NCBI GenBank assembly: GCA_951406725.2
Contig: OX597820.1
Coordinates: 48,546,001-48,610,000 of the forward strand
Direction: 5' to 3'
Origin: Octopus vulgaris
Lineage: Eukaryota
Length of the DNA stretch: 64,000 nt
The notes under the pieces: model-generated
Told to the model about the DNA's origin: nothing
The model's input: the letters and a program-made list of their open reading frames with translations, nothing else
Databases searched by the model: none
In this document: positions 50,227 through 63,006 of the stretch, one piece after another
Numbering within the stretch: the first letter of the stretch is position 1
Layout of the letters: every line of letters starts with the position of its first letter
Made by a program: the position numbers and the translations under genes

Positions 50227-51141
50227 GTGTGTGTGTGTGTGTGTGTGCGTGTGCGTATTACTTTGCTTGCTATTGAAGAAGAAGAAGAAATGAATGCTAG
50301 ACTGAAGTGTGGCGAGGGAGCGGTGTTTAAGTGAAATAGTTTTTGCCATTTCATTTGATTTACTATTGTCTGACATCTAAAAATGGTTCCTTTTGTTGAA
50401 ACAAAGTCAAAGAGAATGTAAAGATTAAATCAATAACAATATATTACTGGTATTGCGCACAGGCCACCGAAGGGACCTCTATATCATCGTTCGATCTACT
50501 AAAATTAGTAGTGCGGTATCACTTGAATCTCTTTTTTTTTTCTTCATATTTATAGAGAATATATTGGATAATGTCATGTTTGGTGCGGTAGTCCTGTAAA
50601 CCAAGATGTGAATATCATGGTTTTAATACCTCTGAGGATATTTCTGCGCGATTAAATTTAACCTGCGGATTAACAGTAAAGATTGTCAGTAATCCTTCGA
50701 ATCACATTGTGGCCATTTACGCAGTTACATTATCTGATAGGAACATCAGGTAAATTTCCCTGGAACCGTACATAACAATCTTTAAAGCGAGGTATAGCTG
50801 TGATGTATAAAACAAAACCTGTTTTTCTAATATCCGAAGAAGTAGCCAAAAGATGCTTTGTAGTTGAAATACTGAGAGATAGATCAGCCGAGATTAAATA
50901 ACAAAAGAAATGCGTTGCATTTAGTGGACTCTAGAAGAACGAAAGACAAAAATTCGCCACATATTTATTTCAGAGTTGGGTAGCAAATCAAGTAATGTTG
51001 AGGAAAATATACCAAGGAAGTGTGATGAGTATTCTAATTAGTTTTATCGAATACCATTATAATTAATGATAATTGTTCTAGCGATCCTTGAATGACGGAA
51101 AGCAAAATGGAACTCCGATGTTTAGAGGCAGACACTTTTTG

Positions 51142-51562
51142 GGATCTTTTCGGGTTGAACGGCAGTTTTTTCTAGCGGTGTAATATGAAATTGTCACCCA
51201 TAATTATGACCCTAGTATCGATCTATTGCATTTCAATCTGTTTTAGGGTTAGGGTTAGGGTTAGGGGTGGGGGGAAGGGTGTTTTTTTTGTTCAGAAATG
51301 TAAATAAACCCAATCTGTTTTTTAAACGAGGGACATATTCATACGGCACAGAATGCTTTCACCTCAATAGACGTCATTGATTGGTTGAAATTGCATAAAT
51401 TGAAGAAAAAAACCCAACAAATATCTTACAAACTATAGAATTTTCTCAATAAAGCCAAGAGAAAAAGATGTTTTATAAACATTCTAACAGTATACGAAGT
51501 TTAAAAGTGTTTAGTTACGTGGAAACTATTTTACAAAACTGCCGTTCAAACCGAAAAGATCC
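51142..51562. mobile_element. MITE with 28-bp TIRs and 8-bp TSD (Merlin-like)
   Basis: TIR GGATCTTTTCGGGTTGAACGGCAGTTTT versus AAAACTGCCGTTCAAACCGAAAAGATCC; TSD ACTTTTTG on both sides; internal (TTAGGG)4. Confidence 0.88.
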
Positions 51563-54500
51563 ACTTTTTGTAAAGAAGAGAAACGGCATATATTAATACA
51601 TTTGAACGAACACTGAACGTTCTCTAAGAAAATTTAAACGTGGACACAGAGTGATTAGTCAATCGCATTGCTATTCTGTTTGTTACTTTATTCAGCTCAA
51701 GATATGCTCTCGGATCTTAAAGGGGCGAAACACTAAGTATTTATGTCTCAGTTCAACTCAAGGCTACAAATCTTGGTAAAAAGAATAGTCGTTTGCATTG
51801 ATCCTATCAGTTGACTGCTACTTATTTCGTAGAGGCCAAAATGGGTGAACGGCAAATTCATAAAGGGACGTAACTCAGTACATCACTCCCCCATCACCCC
51901 CGTTTTATGTTTATTCAGCACTGTCGATTTTACCAACTAACAACTCTCCGGCTACGAATAATAAAACCAGACTGATGATACTGACTTTAAAAAATTGATT
52001 TTTGTATAGTATCTATACAAATTTATTTTATTTGCTTTCGATTTGTTTTCTTTATATTATTATAGTTACTGTTATTGATATTGTTATTATTCCTTTTGTT
52101 GTTGGTAATTTTTTTTTTATATGACTATTGCTGTTGATGTTGCACTTGTTTTTCTCCCTTAGCAATCATCGTTATCTTTGAGCATTTTATTCCCTGCGTG
52201 GCATTAAAATGGACATTAACCAATCAACTGATGTCGTTTATCTTTTGTTCTCTCCATCACCCTCTCTCTTTCTCTTTATCTCTCTCTCTCTCTTTGTCCC
52301 CCTTTCTCTTCGTTTCTCTCTTTCTCTTCTCTTGCATCTGTTCATTTAGATTTGACTAAGTCACGCATGCTCACGAGATAGTAATTAATGATAACCTTTG
52401 TGCTCTGTCTTTTCTGTCTGTTTCTCTCCTAACTCTCCTTTTCCCCTTCTTTTTTCATCTCCTTCCTTATTCTGTTCCTTTCGTCTTTAACTCTGTCTTT
52501 CTCCTCTTCAACTCTTTCTTTCCTCTCTCTTTACTACACTCTTATTCATGGAAGAGTATAAAAATGTTAAGACATCAATATGTAACAGGATAAATTGGTT
52601 AACGGTTAGAACAATAGGAATGCACTCAGGAAACTGCGATCGCAGTGCGATTTCTAATTCAATACACTCCACAAGTTTACTTCTTTGACTTTACAAAAAC
52701 CACCTTGTATATCGATATGAACAATGAAACTTCTCTTTAGTTGTACCTGTATAATTTGCAAACTTCATCAGTTCCGTTTAATAATACTATCTGACCCATA
52801 AATGCTTTTAAAGGAATCCACTGTATTATAAAAAAATGTTGACTATGCTTCTGTTCGGACGATAACATCTTCGACTACTACCACTAGTTGAGAGCCTCCT
52901 ACCGAGAGGCTAAAAGATTATAGGCGCAGTTGTTTCGCTGACTAAGCCATTAAATGTTTTTCTTTTGTGCGTTTTTGATTTTTAGTTTAGAAACCGAGGC
53001 AAAAGTTTGATAATTGTTATATAATCTCTATGAACTGATATTGATTGCCATTTGAAAACATCACACGCGTTCAAACATCCTATATCACATCGTTATAGGA
53101 ATTGATCGTCGTGTTTGTCGATAAAATTCTCTCACAGCCATGTTATAAATGCTAGCTGACACATGCGATATCTCATACACTGTTGCTATAAACGGCGCTG
53201 TATGTTACTCTGAACCAGTGAGGTGCTTATTCCGCCTCAACTGCTGTCTACTCTACGTATGTACGCCTCTTCACTTATGCGATGAAGTAAGCACATCTCC
53301 TAATGACGTTTTTCTAGGTTTACTAAACTTATTGAACACATTTTTACTCAACGACCTTCATTCAACTTAATGAAGTTCTGACTGAATTTGAAGGAAATCG
53401 ACCTCCACTGCACAGGGAAGGAATTACAGAAGGTATAAGCGCAGTTCTGAATCCTGTGAATGCCGATCGAAAATTGACATTAACAACCATGACCAGAATA
53501 ATTATTTAAGAATAAACATCTTCAGAACATGTTTCTCCGAAGTCATACTTCAGCATAAAATTATTTTGTATTCATGTGACACTGTTTCATTTCCTGGTTA
53601 AATATTTATCATTTTTTATTCCAAGGGAGATTGTTTCGCACGCTCAAAGAAACTTATCATAATTAAGTGGCCCACGCCATCTATCCACAAATAGGTCTTA
53701 TATAGGGACATTGCGAAATGGAATACATCGGCACTGTAAGCAAGGACATCAGTTTAAATCATGGTTATACTTTTCTTAGCTTATGGTGTAAGTTCTCTTG
53801 GTTTATATACGAGTATATAGAATTCGATTCGATCGAGTGTTTTGCATCATAAAAATTACAATTCAGTCATGTGCGCAACCTAGATTTTATCCAATGAACA
53901 GCCATTGTTCACATGGTAGTTCCATGGTCTGACTAGAACTATCCGTGAGAGAGGCCTACGAATATACAAATACAGCCAAATTGAACACCAAACATCCAGA
54001 GTATCTCGAGTCGAATTTGGTGTACACTCTCCAAACAGCTGTTTTCTCCATCAGCATATTCAACCTGAAAGGATCGAAAACGAAGACACACACACAGCAC
54101 TTGAATGTGTATTTGATATGTAAAAATTTGCCAAAATGTTGAGTTTCTAAAAAAGACTTTCTGTGTATATTACGCTGTTTCATCTGACTGTTTCCATAAA
54201 TCGTATTAGATGAACACCTTTTCTATTAATGTGACACATAAATTAGTTTCCAATACATAAAGAGGCCTTCCTTGTTACAAGTATGATGTAAAAACATGAG
54301 AAATCTCGTCCTGTGTTCAAGTCATCATCTTTATCCGTGACTGGACTGATAATGAATAAAACGAAACATGAAAGCTGTCTTGTAAATCTATAAATGCACT
54401 CTGTTATATGAAAATATTGATTTGTGGGAATTCGTATTCGACCCGGATCGAGTTGTGTTTTCCAGTATTATCCATTTATTTTTTAATAGAAAACGAAAAA

Positions 54501-55566
54501 TAAAGTTTGCCAGAAATGATTACAGCCAAACGTCTCGTCATCACAGCAATAATATCATTTACAAACCATATAATATTTTACAAAGGAATCTTAAAAGCTG
54601 TTTAAAAGAATTGATATACTTCAGCCTTCAAATCTACCTCATTTCTGGGACTTAGAGCTTGCTATCATTAATAGATATGTTTGCCTTTTTAAGGATCCTA
54701 AACTAATGTAGTAAACTCTGCTCGATCAATCGATCAGTTATTTTATTAAGCAAATTTCATTCAAATTCACACCATCACCTTAAAAAGAGATGATACATTC
54801 ATAAATGTATATACCATAAAAATCCTCAGAATATACAAGACATTTCGAATTTACTAAAAAGTCAACGTGTCAAAAATACTAAACCTCAGATAGCTGTTAG
54901 AAATGCTGGCGGCCGAGTTTGATTCCATATCAACCTTAAAATCTCCGCTACTTCATGAATAATCACTTTCAAACTCCTAGTCCGAACTAGATGATAACAA
55001 ATCTCCACTATAACAGCATACCTAAAACACTAAGTTTCCGTGAACTAATGAAAGAACCACAGTCACCTTGCCTGCCGAGGTTGTCAAATCTCCTTGAAAT
55101 TATATCCAGGGATGTTAATATTGATATTTAAGATAAACTACAGAATAAAGAATTCAGAAAAGAAAATATGATGTAACGCTTCAGTGACGAATTAACGATG
55201 AGAATTCGATGCATAATAACGATTAAATATATATACGTTGACCAGTAAGCGGTCAAGTGCAGATCGTGGACGAAATCCGAAAGCGAGTAATTCACAATAC
55301 TGAAAACTTTTTAAAATGTATTTTCCAACAATAACAAAGCTTCATCAAATTTATCATATTTCGTAAATGATTCCATCAATTTACACCCTAAGTTTAAAAT
55401 AACTTAACTTTTTGCGATAAATAATAATTTTGAAGGAAGTGTAATGCACACATAATAACTTATAAAAAATTAGAAGTTACTTATAACACACGAAGTAATG
55501 TATTAGCAATACAATTAAATTCTCTTTACATATCTAACACCCAACACCGACACCAACGAGCATACG

Positions 55567-55998
55567 CTTCATTAAACTAACTAGAAAAGCTTTTTTTTAT
55601 AGACACCACATTCACATCCAATAGTTGCCATATTCACATGTCAAACAATCCAAAACATTTGCCTAATTTCCTATTTCATCATCCTTACAACACACTCATA
55701 CATCAATGAACACAGCAAAAGCATTTTAACAAACTTCAAAAATGAGAATAGCCAAGTCGCATTCGTTCCAACAGGAAACGGAATTAAGGTTTTGAGATTT
55801 CAACAACACCACAATCACCAAAATAAACATTGTACTATTAAGGAAAATAGTTAGAAACATCCTATACAATACACCAATGCTGTAATCAACGGAAATAATG
55901 CTCTCCATAAAACAAGAACACAAGGAAATAAATATAGTGAATTACTGAAAATAGAAAGCAGACAAGCATTTGTAACCAACATGAAACACAAGGCAAAA

Positions 55999-56052
<54 letters not shown>

Positions 56053-57707
56053 TTAGCAGTAACAATAACATCAAAAGCTGTTTCCTCATATATCTCGTCT
56101 ATAAGTTTCATTATCGCTATCATCAAATCCTCATCGATAGTGGTCCGCATGCTTGTATGCATTCCTCCGTTTGGCTCGGAAAAGAACATACTTACACTGC
56201 TTTATTCCCCCAACATTTTTTCTTTTCGAATGAATCGCACTTCAAGCTCCATTTTCGGTAGTGATTCAGGGATAGTCTGAATGTGGTTAATAATGTTGGG
56301 CCATAGGGTCTCCACAAATTTATTTATTTTTACTACCCCTCTGATTTGGACAATCACCAGACTTATTGGCATGAGCATAATTTCAACGTTCATCTTTTTT
56401 TCTCCATAGGGACATACTACTTCAGGAAACACAAGTGACAAGCTGCATAATAACCAGTTCTAAATAATGCCACACTAACGAGTTCTAAGATCGTATCTAC
56501 ACACCATCACAAAGAAAACGCCATCATCATCCATTAAAAAATTGCTCTTGCACTACGAAGAAAACCACACAAAAAAGACAGGAACACAAGATGAAAAATA
56601 AATTGATGTTCTTCTCTATAGAAATCTCGTTAATCACTTGGTATTTGTTTAAAACTGGCTGTGCATCTAACTTCAGACACAAGTATGGTCTTCAATTACG
56701 ATATGTATTTATTGCACCAAAATGAACTTCCTCTTCTGTTGGAGTCTCCTGAGCCTCCAAATATTTTTAAAATTTTATCTTGGAACACAACTTACAGTTA
56801 AGGGAAGAATCCATGTAGATAGAGAAACAGCGTTAAACTCCTTTATATTGAATCTGTTAAATTATTGTGAATATTAAAAAGGCCCCTCCAAAAAAACCCT
56901 GCATACAATGTTTTAAGAAAGTTCTCGCTCAATTATTTATATTTTTTTACATTAGCTAACTGGAATTTCTCTGGAGCTGAATCTTAGGTTTTTCTCTATT
57001 GAAATCATTTAAAAGCTAAGTAATTCAACAAGATTTATTATCAAAGGACTTAAATCCCTTAGCTATTCACAGATTATTTCCCCTTATAGATTAATTACCT
57101 TTAAAAATTTAAATAGTCTTTAGATAAAATAAACGATAGTGAGGGGAAATTTCCTTCGTGTACTCCTAATTCATCTTTCAGTTGAGGAGAAAATGTTACA
57201 AATCAAGTTAAGTCTTAGGATAAGAAAATCTTTTAAGGAACCTTCAAAGGAATGGCAACGAGGAATTGACTGTTTTCTTCATTAAACTAACTAGAAAAGC
57301 TTTTTTTATAGACACCACATTCACATCCAATAGTTGCCATATTCACATGTCAAACAATCCAAAACATTTGCCTAATTTCCTATTTCATCATCCTTACAAC
57401 ACACTCATACATCAATGAACACAGCAAAAGCATTTTAACAAACTTCAAAAATGAGAATAGCCAAGTCGCATTCGTTCCAACAGGAAACGGAATTAAGGTT
57501 TTGAGATTTCAACAACACCACAATCACCAAAATAAACATTGTACTATTAAGGAAAATAGTTAGAAACATCCTATACAATACACCAATGCTGTAATCAACG
57601 GAAATAATGCTCTCCATAAAACAAGAACACAAGGAAATAAATATAGTGAATTACTGAAAATAGAAAGCAGACAAGCATTTGTAACCAACATGAAACACAA
57701 GGCAAAA

Positions 57708-57761
<54 letters not shown>

Positions 57762-58986
57762 TTAGCAGTAACAATAACATCAAAAGCTGTTTCCTCATAT
57801 ATCTCGTCAATAAGTTTCATTATCGCTATCATCAAATCCTCATCGATAGTGGTCCGCATGCTTGTATGCATTCCTCCGTTTGGCTCGGAAAAGAACATAC
57901 TTACACTGCTTTATTCCCCCAACATTTTTTCTTTTCGAATGAATCGCACTTCAAGCTCCATTTTCGGTAGTGATTCAGGGATAGTCTGAATGTGGTTAAT
58001 AATGTTGGGCCATAGGGTCTCCACAAATTTATTTATTTTTACTACCCCTCTGTTTGGACAATCACCAGACTTATTGGCATGAGCATAATTTCAACGTTCA
58101 TCTTTTTTTCTCCATAGGGACATACTACTTCAGGAAACACAAGTGACAAGCTGCATAATAACCAGTTCTAAATAATGCCACACTAACGAGTTCTAAGATC
58201 GTATCTACACACCATCACAAAGAAAACGCCATCATCATCCATTAAAAAATTGCTCTTGCACTACGAAGAAAACCACACAAAAAAGACAGGAACACAAGAT
58301 GAAAAATAAATTGATGTTCTTCTCTATAGAAATCTCGTTAATCACTTGGTATTTGTTTAAAACTGGCTGTGCATCTAACTTCAGACACAAGTATGGTCTT
58401 CAATTACGATATGTATTTATTGCACCAAAATGAACTTCCTCTTCTGTTGGAGTCTCCTGAGCCTCCAAATATTTTTAAAATTTTATCTTGGAACACAACT
58501 TACAGTTAAGGGAAGAATCCATGTAGATAGAGAAACAGCGTTAAACTCCTTTATATTGAATCTGTTAAATTATTGTGAATATTAAAAAGGCCCCCCAAAA
58601 AAACCCTGCATACAATGTTTTAAGAAAGTTCTCGCTCAATTATTTATATTTTTTTACATTAGCTAACTGGAATTTCTCTGGAGCTGAATCTTAGGTTTTT
58701 CTCTACTGAAATCATTTAAAAGCTAAGTAATTCAACAAGATTTATTATCAAAGGACTTAAATCCCTTAGCTATTCACAGATTATTTCCCCTTATAGATTA
58801 ATTACCTTTAAAAATTTAAATAGTCTTTAGATAAAATAAACGATAGTGAGGGGAAATTTCCTTCGTGTACTCCTAATTCATCTTTCAGTTGAGGAGAAAA
58901 TGTTGCAAATCAAGTTAAGTCTTAGGATAAGAAAATCTTTTAAGGAACCTTCAAAGGAATGGCAACGAGGAATTGACTGTTTTTCT
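55567..58986 (+). repeat. Tandem duplication of a ~1.71-kb unit (55567-57276, 57277-58986)
   Basis: Near-identical copies; the ORF track is duplicated with a 1709-bp offset; CT microhomology at the junction. Confidence 0.95.
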
Positions 58987-58995
58987 ATAATAGTA

Positions 58996-59230
<235 letters not shown>

Positions 59231-60164
59231 GTAGACACAAACACACAATCACACTCAGTCATAAGTATATCTATTATTTAGCTCATGCACCTTTCCCAAA
59301 TTTTATTTATCTAACTAGTCTTTATCAAAACGTTTACACCATGTTTTAGCTTCATGTGTATTTGTAGTCGCTACTATGAATCTGTCCATTTAGACACACT
59401 ATCAATTAATCTTGTTGCTTTTTAGGAGTAGGTAATCATATTCTTGAGTATGTAAAATTAATAAAATTATACATACAGTCAAACAACTGGGTAGAACAGC
59501 TCATATAATGAAAACTATCATACTTACAAATCGAATGGTTATTCATTCTAAACTCCCCGTTCAAAGGTCACTACAAATATAAAAGAGATATTTTTTTCAG
59601 AGAATTCTTTATCTTTAATTCAGTTTTATATTTTATTTCTTGAAGAATTATTTGCAAATACCTTTTCGATTTATATACTATATGTTTTATATTTTTTAGT
59701 ATGTACACATACAGAGTATCTTAGGTATAAGTGTGTTTACTATTCGATTCTGTTATGCCGACGGCTTTCCCAACGGCAATTGAATTTTAAATGAATTTAA
59801 CTAGTATCAATTTGAAATTAAACCAGGTTGCACTTGTCATTCGCCTGGAGATTCAAGATTGCTCTACGGAGTTCGAAACACTTAGTGTTGAAAATTTAAT
59901 AATAATGTTGCTTTGCAGGAAATAAAAAAAAACAATTGAGTTTTATTGTTTTGCAAATTTTCTAAAATCTGTTTTGATTAGATTAGTTTGGAAGAAATAA
60001 ACACTAGATATCTTAAGAGTAGAGCAATAAAAAGAAAAGAAATGTTTTCATTGGTAGCATACATTTATTTGTGATAAATATCGGTTTTTCGACTGACACG
60101 TGTACTATAAATCGGAGACAAACTGAGCTTCGACACAGTTTCAAATTAAAACCAGCGTAAGATA

Positions 60165-60385
60165 ATATTAATTTCAAAATTTGACACAAGACCAGCAATT
60201 TCGGGGGAGGGTTTAAGTAGATTACAGCGATCCCAGTGTTCAACTGCTATTTATTTTATTGTCCCCGGGAAGAGGAAAAGCAAAGTAGACCTCGGTGGAC
60301 TTTAAACACAGAACGTAAAGACGAACGAAATGCTGGCGAACCTTTTGCCCGGCACGGTAACGATTATGCCAACTCTCCACCTTAA
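60165..60385 (-). mobile_element. SINE family A, diverged
   Basis: Reverse complement of the family A head, core and tail. Confidence 0.7.
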
Positions 60386-60552
60386 CAAAGCATAATATGA
60401 TAATACGAAAGAATCAAAAGAACAACGAAGAAAATACGTTATGATGTTATGATATTAGGACTTGCACGTTCGGAGCTTGATTCAACTACTATAATTCTCC
60501 AAAATTCTGGCCTTTCGTTTACGCATAGAATTTTAATATAGTAAGCGATAGT

Positions 60553-60770
60553 TAAGATGGTGAGGTGGCAGAATCGTTAGCACCCCGGCGAGCTGCTTAG
60601 CAGTATTTCGTCTGCTGTTACTTAGTTCTGAGTTCAAAATCCGCTAAGGTCGATTTTGCCTATCATCCTTTCGCGGTTGACAAATTAAGTAACAGTTGCG
60701 TACTAGGGTTGATGTGTTTGACTGGCCAACTTCCCCGATATTTCAGGCCTTGTTCTTATAATAGAAAGGG
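60553..60770 (+). mobile_element. SINE family A, diverged
   Basis: GGTGGCAGAATCGTTAGCAC..GAGTTCAAAATCC..core. Confidence 0.75.
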
Positions 60771-61394
60771 ACATGCTGTATTAAGAGATAATTTATATTG
60801 CAGTTTATTATGATTATTATTATAATTATTATCATTAAAATATGAACTGTCAATACTGTATTATACTAAAACGAGTTGAGTCCAGTGTGCTACAGTTATT
60901 GCATATTTTACGCTCAACTTCTCACATCCATAATAATACTTTCTCATGCTGTTAATTCGTCTCAAGAAACGTTCAAAGTAAAAAGCCAGATGCTTGATAT
61001 TTTATTCTATTTGTTCAATTAAGAGAGAAATAAAATTTGTCGATGAGAGGTTGAAATCTCAACGATGCAGATTTACGTTACACGCTCTACTGTCTTCAGA
61101 GAATGAGTTGACACAAATTGGTAAATCGTAACACATTTTCGTTGCTCTGCTATTACTGAATTTAATCGGCAGCCGTAGGAAACTGGTACTAATTAAACTA
61201 GTATAAATGAAATAGAAGGGAAATACAAATCCGGAAAATAAAATTGATGCAAATCTCTTGGGGAAAGCCTTTGGAAATATACTCTGCTACACCTGATAAT
61301 CTAAGGCGTTAACAGAAGCAGCTCAAACCAGTAAATCCACAAACATATATGCATACAAGTATATGCGTGATTCTTCTCCCCCCTCTCTGTATAT

Positions 61395-61590
61395 ATATTG
61401 ACTGGCGATTTTTTTACTCCGTCTTCCCTTCTCGGGATCTTTCCTTCTCCTATGTTTCCGACGAAGAGCTCCGCTCGAAACGTTAAACCCTCCTTCTTCC
61501 CTTCTTTCCTGAGCGTCCAATAATACTTTATTTGTTCTACGTCCTCGCGTTGTTGTCTTTTTTTTTGTTTTTGTGTTTTCTTCTTTGGAT

Positions 61591-61595
<5 letters not shown>
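61395..61595 (+). mobile_element. Solo PLE-type 3' terminus related to 15110-15296
   Basis: Same order of parts: hammerhead, TTTCCTGAGCG..AATAC, T-rich tract, (TA)n. Confidence 0.7.
61454..61488 (+). ncRNA. Minimal type I hammerhead-like motif (core CCGACGA)
   Basis: GTTT-CCGACGA-A-GAGC tcc GCTC-GAAA-CG-TT-AAAC. Confidence 0.65.
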
Positions 61596-61630
<35 letters not shown>

Positions 61631-61714
61631 TTTAAAATATAATAAAGAATGCCTCAAACAGCATCATCTAGTTATTAGACTTTGTTCAAATACAAGAGAT
61701 ATCCTTCGTGTGGA

Positions 61715-62130
61715 TAAAGTGTAGGCTGTGTAGGTACGAAGCTTGCTTCTCAAATACATAGTTCCAGGTTCAGTACCACTTCGTGGCGCCTTGGGTAAGT
61801 GCTTTCAACGATAGCCTCGGTCGAACCAAATCCTTGTGAGTAGATTGTGTCGATGGCAACTGAAAGAAGCCCGTCGTATATATATATATATATATATATA
61901 TGTTTGTGTGCATGTACTGTGTGCGTATATATATATCTATGTGAGTATGTCTGTGCTTGAGAACCGCTGTTGGTGTGTTTACGTCCGCGTACCTTAGCAG
62001 TTCGGGAAAAAAAGACCGATCGAATAGGCTTCAAAATATAATTCCTAGAGTCGATTTCTTCGATTAAATCCCTTCTAGGCGGTGCCCCAGCATGGTCGCA
62101 GTCAAATGACTGAAATAAGTGAAAGGTAAA
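61715..62130 (+). mobile_element. SINE family C with internal (TA)n/(TG)n
   Basis: Colinear with the copies at 21570 and 46096. Confidence 0.8.
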
Positions 62131-62645
62131 AAACAAAACACAAAACAAATAGAAACCACTAACATCGAACCCGAGTAATTCAAAGTTACCTCTAAAATGG
62201 AAAGTGTCTTTTCTCAGATGGTGCTTTGATCACATGACGACAATTGTCATATATGGTGAAACTATCAAATATCATAGTGGCAGACGGGTGACAGGCAAAA
62301 GCTATAAGTAAACGTTGATAAACATTTAGTGCCAATGGAATTGACTATCGTCAGTTGTCTATTATAGCCTTCAGTTAAGATGCTTGCAGATAAATAGCTC
62401 ACCTGTCTCTCATTTACTTTAAGAATGCACATAGTACTTCATTAGAGGACAAACAAAAAAAAAAAAGAAAAATATGGGAAAGACTCGTGACACAGCATCT
62501 CGAATTGTGAACAGAATTTAGCTTGTATCAGGAGCAGTAGTGCCTACTTACTCAGTACTAGATTTGTTTGTGACCAGTATGCCTGCAGTCAATAGCAAAA
62601 GCCCCTTCCCTTTATCAATCGTTCGCAAAATGAATCTCATGAAGC

Positions 62646-62695
<50 letters not shown>

Positions 62696-62742
62696 TACTA
62701 TTATTATCATTTTGGGATAAATATTAATTAGCTCTTATTTAC

Positions 62743-63006
62743 ATTATTTACAATTGACAGATATTTGTCCTCATCTTGTTTGTTGTTAACACAACGTTTC
62801 GGCTGATATACCCTCCAGCCTTCATCAATTGTCTTGGGAAAATTTCAAACCTGGGTTCTCATTCCTAAGGTACCTTTTGATGTTGTTGTTGTTGTTGTTA
62901 TTATTATTATTATTATTATTATTCAGGTCACTGCCTGGAATCGAACTCGGAATCTTGGGGTTAGTAGCCCGCGCTCTTAACCACTACGCCATATGCCTGT
63001 GGGCTG
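62743..63006 (-). mobile_element. tRNA-headed short retroelement carrying a hammerhead motif (retrozyme/SINE-like)
   Basis: A box TGGCGTAGTGG, B box GAGTTCGATTCC, (AAT)n(AAC)n linker, hammerhead, short repeated tail, and an imperfect TSD at 62722-62742 / 63007-63026. Confidence 0.75.
62788..62833 (-). ncRNA. Minimal type I hammerhead-like motif (core UUGAUGA)
   Basis: GACAA-TTGATGA-A-GGCTG gagggtatat CAGCC-GAAA-CG-TT-GTGTT. Confidence 0.65.

Noticed and set aside
51243-51266. True telomere or chromosome fusion site
   Set aside because: Only four units, located inside a TIR element with a TSD.
53700-54300. Possible decayed PLE RT on the minus strand (HIKYTF, VYTK..SG..LVF)
   Set aside because: Too degenerate to call without a profile search.
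62930-62997. Genuine tRNA gene (also the heads at 15740, 27626, 31309 and 31490)
   Set aside because: Acceptor and T stems pair poorly and each head runs into a repeat body, so these are SINE heads.
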